A stretch of 64,000 nt of DNA. Source: a virus. Lineage: Duplodnaviria; Caudoviricetes. Shown here one piece after another: positions 1 through 9,341 of the stretch. Position 1 is the first letter of the stretch, and the number at the start of each line of letters is the position of its first letter. The stretch covers positions 1-64,000 of the IMG/VR virus record IMGVR_UViG_2912723979_000001; one strand, written 5' to 3'. The position numbers and the translations under genes are program-made. The notes below the pieces were generated by a model. That model searched no databases. It worked only from the letters and a program-made list of their open reading frames with translations, and was not told where the DNA came from.

Positions 1-1269
1 GTGACATCAGCGGCGGCGGGGCGGGGCGGGGGGCGGAAGCGGAAACAGCCTGGGAAGCCCCCTGGTAGTCGTTCAGCAGCCCCGGAAACCGCCCCGCCCG
101 CCCCGCCCCCGCGCTCATCCCGTGACAACACGGATAACACGCTGCGAAACGGATACGCCGCGATCTCACACACAGTGAGCGGTGAAACCGCAGCGATCGG
201 CCTCGGATTCCTCGTCGGAGGCCCCATCGGAGCCGTCATCGGCGGCATCACCGCCCCAGCTGTCCTCGCCGCCGTCATGTGGCGCAGCCGGCGCGCCGAA
301 CACGACGCCAACGCCAACCAGAACAACCTGGCGCCGGGAACAGCGGCCGCGACTCAGCCGGATCCCGGCCCGGCAACGGGAACGGGAGCGGGAGCGGAGA
401 CCGCGGCCGGAACAACAACGGCGGTAGCGGACGCAACAACAGCCCGGGACGCCACGACAACCCGGGAGGTGGCCGGCGCCGGTCCCCGAACGGCCACAGC
501 GACAGCGCCGGGACCCACCGCAAGCCCAGGTGAAGGACCCCGTCGCCGACAAGCTCAGCAAGCTCGGCAAGGACCTCCACAACAAGCTCAAGGACCGCAA
601 CCAGCGCAACAAGACCCCGAAGAACGGCAAGCACGACGGCTCAGGCACCTCCCCGGGCGGCGGCGGCAGCCACGACAGCAAAGGGCCCCGGAAGAACAAC
701 CCGGGCCCGAACAACGGCACCGGCCCGAAGCACGGTACGGACCCGAAGAACAGCCCAGGCAAGCGCCGCAAGTGGCTGAACGACCGCGGCCCCCAGCCCG
801 ACAGCCCCAAGCCTGGGACGGCCGCGGCAACAAGCCGAAGAAGCACCGCACCAAGGGCAGCGGCAGCGACACCTCGTCCTCCACCGCCCGGGACGGCCTC
901 GCCCGATCACCCCAACGGCGGCAGCGGAGCCGAAGACGAAATCCTCGAAGGCGAACTCCTCGACAACGACCAGCAGCCCCCCCAGCCCCGCCAGGGCACC
1001 GGCGAGGTCATCGACGGCGAAGTAGTCGACGAGGACCGCATCGCCCCTCGTCCGCGCACACCGCGAGAAGCAGCGCCGCCGCCAAGCCATCACCGCGGCA
1101 AGAAGGCCGCCGAGAAAGCAGCCCGCGACGGCAACCTCGGCGACCCCCACCAGGTGAAGACCGAAGTGATCCGCGAGCACAAACCGGCGCATCGACCTCG
1201 AACTGCACCACGAGAACCAGCTGCTCGCCCCTCACCGCAGCGGCAGAAACACCAAGGAGCACCCCGTGA
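1..1269 (+). pseudogene. Frameshifted low-complexity (Gly/Asn/Pro/Lys) membrane protein of the transfer locus, 5' truncated
   Basis: Coding-like text jumps between frames: TM segment AIGLGFLVGGPIGAVIGG (frame of 1..1269), GNSGRDSAG (279..533), KDPVADKLSKLGKDL...EGELL...DGEVV (530..1543). Confidence 0.5.
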
Positions 1270-2175
1270 ACTACCCCGCGATCCAGGGCCGCCCCAACCG
1301 GCACCCGCACCGCCGGCGTCGCCATCGCCCGGCAGATCGACTTCCGAGGCTCCACCGCCTACGCCATCCTCCACGCGATGGCCGACCAGCTCGCCCACGG
1401 CCTCCACAACGACGCCGACGCCGACATGGCCGACCACATCATCGAACTCACCGGCATCCCGAACATGTGCAAGAACCTCTCCCTCGCCGTCCAAGAAGCC
1501 GGCCGCGCCCTCGCCCGCACCGCACCCCTGCACCCGTCCGTGATCAAACACCTCAACAACGCGGCCATCGCCGCCCGCAGCGCCGGCCTCATGGCCGACC
1601 AGATCATGGTCGTGTTCGTCCAAGCCCACCGCGAGGACATCATCCGCGTCCTCGACCCCCGCATCGGCGAGGAACGCTGGAACCTCCGCAACGGCCCCGG
1701 CACCCTCGACGCCGCGAAGCTCCGCGCCGCGATCTCCTCCGCGCACTCCGCCCGCCTCGCCCTCCCCGCAGGCACCTCCGGCGGGGGAGGACAAGGCAAC
1801 GGCGGCAGCAAGCTCGTACCGGCCTCCGACGGCAGCACCAAAAAGCTCATCACCCTGATGAAGGGCTTCACCCGCGGCCACATGGTCAACGTCCTGTCCG
1901 AAGTCGCCGGCTCCGCCGCCGGAGTCGAAGTCGTCGCCGACTCCGTCACCAAGCTCTACCGGCGCATGGTCAAGACCTGGCCCACCGAAGGAGTCGTCGA
2001 CGACACCGTCCGCGCCACCGCCTCCAGGGTCCGCGCCGTCTCCACCGAACTGCGCAACGCCATCAAGGCCGCACAGCGCGCACACGAGCGGCAACTGCGC
2101 CTGAACGCCAAGCCCCGAAAAGGAGCCAAAGCGGAGTCCAAGTGGGACGTCGCCGGCCGCGGACCGGCCAACTAA
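1266..2175 (+). CDS. Helical protein of Streptomyces transfer loci upstream of the FtsK gene (ends ...KWDV); 5' part apparently frameshifted
   Basis: Clean ORF 1378..2175 with strong GC3 bias; GTG at 1266 after an AAGGAG RBS lies in another frame. Confidence 0.55.
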
Positions 2176-2194
2176 CCAGAAAGGAGACAAGGCC

Positions 2195-4363
2195 ATGACC
2201 AGTGCAGAACTGCCGGTGACCCCCGCCGAAAAGCGATGGGACTTCAGCCGGGACGCCGTCACCCACGGCCGACTCGTCGCCTGGGGCAGCGAACTCGGCG
2301 TCGCCACCGCCCTCGTCGCCCCCCTCGCCGACATCCCCTGGGAAGCCGGAGCCGGCGCCGGCATCCTCTGCACCGGCGCGGCCGTCCTCTACGAACACGC
2401 CCGCGGCTCCTGGCGGCGCGTCCTGGCCGCCCGAGCCACCTCCTGGCTCGCCACCACCGGCTGGCTGTCCTACACCCTCGCCGAAGGCCCCACCCTCCTG
2501 AAGATGGCGTTCGGCGGCGCCATCTGGGCCACCGGAGCAGCTGTCAACATCGGCATGGACAAGTGGGGCGAGGAAACCCGCGCCGCCGAGAAAGAACTCG
2601 ACCGTCGCCTCGAGGCCGGCGAACAGATCAAGGCCGCACAGGACGGCTGGGGCCCGCCTCCTCGAGGACATCTGCGGCATCGAAGGCGCCATCGCTGACC
2701 CGGTCATCGACCGCTGGTCCAGCGGAGCCGGCTACACCGTGAAGGTCACCCTGCCCTCCCACCTGAACATCGACGCCCTCCGCGGCTACGAGGCCCCCCT
2801 CGCCGGCGCCCTCCACCTCCCCAAGGGCGCCGGCGTCAGCTTCAACGCCGGAGGCCCCACCACCCCCGCAACGTCGTCTACATCGCCGTCACCGAGAAGA
2901 CATGATGAGCGGCGCCATCCCCTACCCGAAGCTCACCCCGACCACCATCAACAAGCCGATCGGCTTCGGTGTCGTCGGCAACGGCGACGAAGCCGGCCTC
3001 AACCTCAAAGACGAAGGCTTCATCGCGATCGGCGCCCAGGGTTCCGGCAAGACCGCCTTGATGAAAAACCCTCGGCCTCGGCCTGGTCCGCTGCGTCGAC
3101 GCCATCGTCATCGACCTCGACACCTCCGCGAAGATGTCCGCGGTCTTCGTGAACCCCTACCTGCGGTACGGCATCGGCCGGCCCCTCATCGACTGGCCCG
3201 CCACCACCGAAGACGAATGCCGCGTCGTCATCCAGGCCGCCAAGAACGCGATCGCCGCCCGCAAAACCGAATACGCCGACCTCCTCGAAGACGAAGACGT
3301 CGACAACCTGCCCGCACGCCCCGACATCCCCGCCATCCACATCCGCGTCGACGAGACCAAGTCCATGCCCGACGACGTCCTCGCCGGCCTCGACTTCATC
3401 ATCGAAGAAGGCCGATCCGTCAACATCCGCGTCTCCAACACAGGGCTCCGCGCAACCCGCGAATACATCACCGGCACCATGGACGAACTCACCCCCGGCC
3501 GCATCGGACTCCGCACTAACAACAGCAGCGAACTCCAGATGCTGTTCCCCGACACCGGCGCCCCCGACATGGCCATCTTCACCGACCCCGGCACCGTCGC
3601 CTACATGTCCACCACGAAGGGCCCCTTCCAGCCCACCCCGGCGAAGGCCTACGCCACCATGGCCGAAGCCTTCCCCCAGGGCTCCGCAGAGTACGAGCGG
3701 ATGCAGTCCCTGTTCATGGACGCCGCCCGGGAACTGTCTGACATCCGCCCCGACATGGACCCCATCACCGCCAAAGCCATGGGACTTGCCTGGTCACAGC
3801 GTTGGGCCCGGATCATCCCTAACCTCCGCGGTGACGCCCACGGCAATGTCACCCCCGACCGCATGCACGAGTCCGTGTGGGAGCTGTACCAGTCCTGGGA
3901 GAAGCCCGTCCCCTACGACCTGCTCCTCGGCCGCGCCGCCGACGACGACGGGTACACCCTCGCCGCACCGACGACCGGCGCCGCAGCCGAGATCCCCCGC
4001 CTGTCCGAGACGATGCTCGACGACAACGAACTCGACCGGCTCGCCGCCCAGGAAGCCGCCATCGAACTCGCCAAAACCTCGGCCAAGCCCAAGACGAACG
4101 ACGAACTGGCCATCGAACTCTTCGCCTCCATGGGCCGCCCCGCGAAGCCGAGCGAGATCTACCCGCTGATGGTGAAAGCCGGCTACGACAAGTCAGAGCG
4201 CACCTTCCGCGACCTGGTCGCGAAACTCGGCCTACAGGACAAGCTGACCAGGCGTCATGATGGAACCTACGCGGCAGCCGACAGCGATGAGGTTCCCCAT
4301 GCAGGACGAGTTCCCGGACCTGAAGATGACCCCGATGGACGAGGCGATGCTCCACATGACTGA
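2195..4363 (+). pseudogene. traB: TraB-like FtsK/SpoIIIE conjugative DNA translocase, split by about 4 frameshifts (near 2650, 2860, 2900, 3065)
   Basis: N-terminal TM helices; Walker A GAQGSGKT (~3031-3054); Walker B IHIRVDE; C-terminal wHTH-like segment (KPSEIYPLMVKAGYDKSERTFRDLV). Confidence 0.7.
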
Positions 4364-4469
4364 GCTGATCTCCGGCCTGAAGAAGGCCGGCCTCAGCGAA
4401 AACTCCGCCGTGCGCTTCGCCGCCATCTACTTCGCCGAGTCCTCCGGCAACGTCGAAGACGACGACTGA
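4299..4469 (+). CDS. Small hypothetical protein (start may be 4356)
   Basis: GC3-biased short ORF overlapping the traB 3' end, followed by a terminator hairpin. Confidence 0.4.
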   Translation: MQDEFPDLKMTPMDEAMLHMTELISGLKKAGLSENSAVRFAAIYFAESSGNVEDDD

Positions 4470-4485
4470 TCAAACCAGCGACCAG

Positions 4486-4516
4486 GAAAGCCCCCGGGTC
4501 GTACCCGGGGGCTTTC
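4486..4516 (+). terminator. Intrinsic terminator-like hairpin
   Basis: GAAAGCCCCCGGG-tcgta-CCCGGGGGCTTTC perfect 13-bp stem. Confidence 0.7.
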
Positions 4517-4561
4517 TGCATCCAAAACGCCCCCAGCAACCCCGCGAGGAGACCACCCACC

Positions 4562-5101
4562 GTGAACCGACTGCCCGAGCCCACCGCGCGGCAGCCCCAC
4601 GCCACCCAGGCCGGGCAGCCCACCCCCGACACCCTCCACCAAGCCGCCCAGATTGCCGCAGCCGTCGACGCCATCTACGAACAGCCCACCAGCTACCGCA
4701 ACGACTCCCTGCCCAACCACTCCACCATCGGCACCACCCCGCCCGTCCCCCAACCCGGGAAGCCCCCCATGAGCGAAGCCGCCGCCAACCTCAGCGGCGT
4801 CATGGTCGCCAGCAGCCTCCCCATCCTCGCCCTCGGCGGCGCCGCCACCGGCATCCTCTGGGCCTCCGGCCACGCGGACCCGGCCGTCGTCGGCTGCATC
4901 GTCGCCGCACCCGCAGCACTCGCCATCCCGATCCTCGCCCTCTCCCGCCTCATCAAGCGCGCCAAAGAGACCGTGGAAGCCGCACCGCCCGTCATCCACC
5001 AGCACTACAACGGCACCGTCCACCAGGACGCCCGCACCGTGAACAGCACCAACCGCGGCATCTGGGCCAGCACCCGTAACCAACTACCCGCAGGGGAGTG
5101 A
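4562..5101 (+). CDS. Spd-like two-TM membrane protein typical of Streptomyces conjugative elements
   Basis: PPMSE + two hydrophobic helices + PPVIHQHYNGTVHQD tail; next to traB. Confidence 0.6.
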   Translation: MNRLPEPTARQPHATQAGQPTPDTLHQAAQIAAAVDAIYEQPTSYRNDSLPNHSTIGTTPPVPQPGKPPMSEAAANLSGVMVASSLPILALGGAATGILWASGHADPAVVGCIVAAPAALAIPILALSRLIKRAKETVEAAPPVIHQHYNGTVHQDARTVNSTNRGIWASTRNQLPAGE

Positions 5102-5116
5102 GCCCCACCCGCATCA

Positions 5117-5146
5117 CGGCCCCGCGGCACCCACACCGCGGGGCCG
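5117..5146. terminator. Hairpin between convergent genes
   Basis: CGGCCCCGCGG / CCGCGGGGCCG 11-bp stem. Confidence 0.55.
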
Positions 5147-5273
5147 ACCCATGCCCGAAGGAGCCCGCCTGAGCTGGGGACCGGTCCGGTTCGGCTTCGC
5201 GCGCGTGAGACACGGCGGGGACCGGGGGCGCTGTTCGCTCAACCGTCTCGGTGAAGGCCGAGCGAACAAGTCG

Positions 5274-5516
5274 TCAGCTCTCGTAGATCTCCCCGCTCAC
5301 GATGCCCTGCGCCATCTGCCCGATGATGTCCCTCCGTGTCACCTCACCCGTGGTGGGGGCCGGGTAGCCGGCAGGCAGTCCGCGTTCCACCGCGTCCACG
5401 ATGTCATCGACCTTGAACGTAACCCCGGTGTCCACCGCGAGGCGGGCGACGTCTTCGACTGCCCGTTCCGTGCGGGCGATCAAGTCACGGACCAGGGACT
5501 CATAGTCAGTAATCAC
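5274..5516 (-). CDS. Hypothetical protein (80 aa)
   Basis: GTG start, VITDYESLVRDLIART..., good codon bias. Confidence 0.65.
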   Translation of the reverse strand: MITDYESLVRDLIARTERAVEDVARLAVDTGVTFKVDDIVDAVERGLPAGYPAPTTGEVTRRDIIGQMAQGIVSGEIYES

Positions 5517-5531
5517 TGACCGACGGTAGCG

Positions 5532-5762
5532 CAGGGAGGCGCGGCGAAGTCCGGAAAGCGGGTGACTTGGTGCCGCCACTGAACCGGCTGCGGCTTAGCG
5601 GGCACGGTGAGTCCCCGCCCGGACTCCGGTGCGGGGCTTCGTGGCGGGCGTCCCCGTAAGTTACCGATTGGTTCGGGTGCGACCTGCGGAAACGCGACAC
5701 CCCAGCCAAGCCACAAGGACCAGAAGAGCCAGACGGAAACCCGCAAGGGAACGCACCTCTGA
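5532..5762 (+). ncRNA. Candidate structured ncRNA (~230 nt); one sub-domain reminiscent of the raiA-motif RNA
   Basis: Intergenic, nested helices: GAGGCGCG/CGCACCTC closing stem, GCGGC/GCCGC, AAGTC/GACTT, CTTA/TGAG, CCCCGC/GCGGGG, GTGGC/GCCAC, TTGGTTCGGGTG/CACCCCAGCCAA; GNRA tetraloops GGCA, GAAA, GCAA. Confidence 0.55.
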
Positions 5763-5929
5763 CAACACCACCGAACTACGGCAGCATCAGAACCGCACGG
5801 CCCGGACGCCTCGATACCGGTGTCCCCGCGCCCTACCGAGCAACCGGGCCGTGCACCACAAACCGCTCGGGGTACCCGAGCACCCGCCGGCCTCGCCTCA
5901 GCCCCCAGCTTTGGCGAGGCCAGCCCGCA

Positions 5930-6367
5930 TCACCCCTCCGGATGCTCCCGGAACCACGCCACCATCCGCTGCAACGGCAACGACACCGCCAGCATGTTCC
6001 CCCGCGCCGACAAGTTTTCCCGCCCATAGTGGTCGGCCTGCCGGTCCGCTTCGTCCACGTACCCGATCGGCACCGCGTACAGCGACGCGTCCTTCACCTG
6101 CATCGCCTCCCGCACCTTGTCCGCCGCGGCCAGCTTCCTCGTCATGAACGCCTGGCAGTCATCCGCGTCCGTACACCCAGAGGCGGTCTCCTGCTCGTAC
6201 GTCTCGAGCGCATCCCGCGGCGCCACCGCCGGCGCCGACTTGGAGGTGCTCGCTGACGGTTTCGCATCCGGCTTGTCCGAGCCACCCCCGCAACCGGCCA
6301 GCACCACCACCGCGGCCGCCGCAGCAGCCACAGCCCCCACCCTGCGCAGTCTCCTCATGCCGCGCAT
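5930..6367 (-). CDS. Secreted lipoprotein
   Basis: Arg-rich N-terminus, hydrophobic stretch, lipobox VLAGC, Ser/Lys linker. Confidence 0.8.
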   Translation of the reverse strand: MRGMRRLRRVGAVAAAAAAVVVLAGCGGGSDKPDAKPSASTSKSAPAVAPRDALETYEQETASGCTDADDCQAFMTRKLAAADKVREAMQVKDASLYAVPIGYVDEADRQADHYGRENLSARGNMLAVSLPLQRMVAWFREHPEG

Positions 6368-6426
6368 CGTCCACCCACAGACCAAGCCAAGGGAACAGAT
6401 CGTTGAAAATGAGCGATCATCCGTAA

Positions 6427-6441
6427 CAGGCGCGGGGCCTG
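6427..6441 (+). promoter_or_regulatory. Repeated late-gene leader motif CAGGCGCGGGGCCTG, copy 1 (before terS)
   Basis: Same 14-15 bp motif at 9310 and 11244. Confidence 0.6.
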
Positions 6442-6469
6442 ACAACCACACAGCGGGAGCCCCACCGCC

Positions 6470-7009
6470 ATGCCCCCCTCCAAAGCCAAACAAGCCCTCG
6501 TCGCCAAACGGCGCAGCGAGATGCTCATCATGAAGATCCAAGGCCGCACCGCCGCCCAGATCGCCGAGCACTACGGCATCTCACCCGCAACTGCCCGCTC
6601 CGACCTGGCCCGCGCGATCAAGAAGGCCCGGGAACTCGAGGTCGAGGACGCCGAGCTGTACCGGTACGTACAAGGAGCCCGCCTCGAACACCTCCTCCGC
6701 GGCGTATGGGCCGAAGCAGTCGACGGCGACATCAAGGCCGGGGAACAAGCCCGCAAGTACATCGCCGACCTCACCGACCTGTTCGGCCTCAAGGTCCCCG
6801 TCCGCACCGAGATCAGCGGCCCCGACGGCGGCGCCATCCCGTTCGGCGGGAACGACCTGACCGAACTCTCGGCCCTCATCGACATCGCCGGCCAGCCCAG
6901 CGGCGACCTGCCCGACCTCACCCACGTCGAAAACCACGACAGCGACGACGAAGACGCTGAGGACAACGTCGAGCCGGAGAGCGAGGAGGAGGATGGCGAC
7001 CGCGAGTAG
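6470..7009 (+). CDS. Terminase small subunit (HTH)
   Basis: N-terminal HTH (TAAQIAEHYGISPATARSD), VRTEISGPDGGAIP motif, acidic tail overlapping terL start. Confidence 0.75.
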   Translation: MPPSKAKQALVAKRRSEMLIMKIQGRTAAQIAEHYGISPATARSDLARAIKKARELEVEDAELYRYVQGARLEHLLRGVWAEAVDGDIKAGEQARKYIADLTDLFGLKVPVRTEISGPDGGAIPFGGNDLTELSALIDIAGQPSGDLPDLTHVENHDSDDEDAEDNVEPESEEEDGDRE

Positions 7010-8549
7010 CGAGCGCTCCCTCCTCGCCACCTACCTGCACCTCCCCCCGGACGACCGCCGCCGCATCGCCCAACACGCGAGCGCCGACCTGCGCCGCAAG
7101 CTTGCCCACCTCGAGCGGCAGATCGCCATGGACCGCTCCCCAGGCGCCCTCGCCGCCGTCCTCACCGAAGGCAGGGAGAAGCAGGCCCCCCACCTCGACA
7201 TGATCGACGGCGTCTTCCAGCGGATCGCCGCCGGCGAACGCATGCAAGTGATGATCACCTGCCCTCCCCGGCACGGGAAAAGCCAGCGCGCCTCGAGGTG
7301 GGGACCGCTCTGGTACCTACGCCGCAATCCCACCGCCCGCGTCATGCTCGCCTCCTACGGCGCCGAACTCGCCGATGACCACGGCCGATGGGTCCGCGAC
7401 CAGCTCCGGGCCTACGCCCCCACTCTCGGCGTCCGCCTCCACCCCGGAAGTCACGCAGCCAACCGATTCGACCTCGAAGCTCCCCGCAGCTCGTCCATCC
7501 GCGGCGGCATGGTCACCGCCGGCGTCGGCGGCAGTCTGACCGGCAAAGGCTTCTCCCTCGGCGTCATCGACGACCCCTTCAAAGGCTCCGACGACGCCAA
7601 CAGCCCAGCCCAACGCGAACGCGTCTGGAACTGGTACCAGTCCGTCTTCTACACCCGCCGAGCCCCCGGCGCCTCCCTCATCCTGATCAACACCCGCTGG
7701 CACGAAGACGACCTGTCCGGGCGGATCCTCGCCACCGAACCCGAGAACTGGACCCTCATCGACCTACCAGCCCTCGCTCTCTCCGACCAGGACCCCCTCG
7801 GCCGGAAACCCGGACAGGCCCTATGGCCCGAGCAGTACGACGAGGAAGAACTCGCCCGCACCCGCCGCGCCGTCGGCGAACGCGTCTGGTGGGCCCTCTA
7901 CCAGCAGCAGCCACGCCCCCTCGAGGGCGGCGTCTGGCAGTGGGCGTGGATCACGGGCAACAGGGTCAGTGTCACCGCGCTCCGCGGCGTTGACCTCACT
8001 CGCATCCTCGTCGCCATCGACCCCTCCGGCGGGGCAGGCACAGCCAACGACGAGACCGGCATCGTCGCCGCTGGCCGCGACAGCCAGGGCGAGCTGTACC
8101 TCCTTGAGGACCGATCCGGCCGGCACGGCGCCAACGCCTGGGGCAACGAAGCCTGCCAGGCAGCGATCGACCTGGGAGCGGACGCCTTCGTCGTAGAGAC
8201 CAACTTCGGTGGCGACATGACCCGCCAGGTCCTCATCCAGGCGTGGCAGGAACTCGAACGCACCGGCCGGACCGGCAACCGTCCCATGCCCCGGGTCATC
8301 GAGGTCAACGCCAAGCAGGGCAAGCGCCTGCGAGCTGAACCCATCGCCCAGCTGTACGAACAGGGCCACGTGCATCACGTGGGGGAGTTCCCCGACCTGG
8401 AGCGGCAGATGGTCACCTGGATCCCCGGCATGGACTCCCCAGACCGCATGGACGCCGCAGTGCACGCTCTGACCGAACTTGCCGATCCTGCGTCCGCTGC
8501 TGTCGGTTCCAGCAACTACAGCGACCAAAGACTGCGGGGCAGACGTTGA
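6993..8549 (+). CDS. terL: Terminase large subunit
   Basis: Walker A CPPRHGKS, Walker B VIDDPFK, RNase H-like nuclease motifs VAIDPS, DETGI, DRMDA. Confidence 0.95.
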   Translation: MATASSERSLLATYLHLPPDDRRRIAQHASADLRRKLAHLERQIAMDRSPGALAAVLTEGREKQAPHLDMIDGVFQRIAAGERMQVMITCPPRHGKSQRASRWGPLWYLRRNPTARVMLASYGAELADDHGRWVRDQLRAYAPTLGVRLHPGSHAANRFDLEAPRSSSIRGGMVTAGVGGSLTGKGFSLGVIDDPFKGSDDANSPAQRERVWNWYQSVFYTRRAPGASLILINTRWHEDDLSGRILATEPENWTLIDLPALALSDQDPLGRKPGQALWPEQYDEEELARTRRAVGERVWWALYQQQPRPLEGGVWQWAWITGNRVSVTALRGVDLTRILVAIDPSGGAGTANDETGIVAAGRDSQGELYLLEDRSGRHGANAWGNEACQAAIDLGADAFVVETNFGGDMTRQVLIQAWQELERTGRTGNRPMPRVIEVNAKQGKRLRAEPIAQLYEQGHVHHVGEFPDLERQMVTWIPGMDSPDRMDAAVHALTELADPASAAVGSSNYSDQRLRGRR

Positions 8550-9309
8550 CAATCCATCGGTCGTCAAAACCGGGTCACGATCCGAGGGACTGGTGTGACA
8601 CAGGGCCACACAGCGCCTTGAAATTGTGGGCAAACTACCCCGAAACGTACATGTGAACTTTTCATCTGACCGGCAAAGTGAAAGCAACACGCCCAGGAAG
8701 ACCGCTGGACGGCAATCTGCCGCGATTTGGTGCCGGGGGACCAAATCACACACCCTGAATCGAAGTGATTTAAAAATCGGGTACGCTGTCCAAGCACGTT
8801 ACGCACCTCGTCGTCCGTGTCACTGGCACGGCCTCGAGGAGCGGACGGGAAGGTACAACAAGAGGGCCACCCCTCGGCGGGATGGCCCTCGGAGACCCGG
8901 ACTGGGGCCTTATCGCTGCGTCATCACCTGGACGGCCAATCCAATCACGGCGACGACAAAGCTCCAGAAGTCCCAGTCTGGGTCTGGGTGATCATCGAAC
9001 ACGTCTCCTCCTTCTCGCCGGAGGGACCCGGGTGGTCCCCCGGGCGTACGCACCGGGAGACGTCGCGGAGGAGATGGTCGCGAACACCTGCGGGAAGTCT
9101 AAGGCCTCCCAGAGGCCGAAACGGCCGCCCATCCCAGGGCAAACGTGATCAACCGCCGTATTCCTGGCGGAAATTGGGGATCACTCCTTCGCTGGATCGC
9201 TCGAATGAGTGAATCTACGGTGATCTTGCACGCTCAACCAGACCCCTACCGCCGACCCACGCCCCTCCAGCCGAGGGAACCCGCCCACCCGAAGCCCGTA
9301 CCCTGAGCA

Positions 9310-9324
9310 CAGGCGCGGGGCCTG
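9310..9324 (+). promoter_or_regulatory. Leader motif CAGGCGCGGGGCCTG, copy 2 (before portal)
   Basis: Exact repeat; preceded by a TACCCT -10-like hexamer. Confidence 0.6.
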
Positions 9325-9341
9325 CGAGCGGAGGGAACTCT

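Noticed and set aside
2640-3075. Programmed frameshifting in traB
   Set aside because: Four shifts in ~430 bp without canonical slippery heptamers; error or decay is more parsimonious
5532-5600. Resemblance to a cobalamin riboswitch (AGGGA..AAGTCCGG..GCCACTG) or RNase P P4 (GAAGTCCGG..CCGGCT)
   Set aside because: Motif spacing and order do not fit either family and no B12-related gene lies downstream; kept only as an unassigned structured RNA
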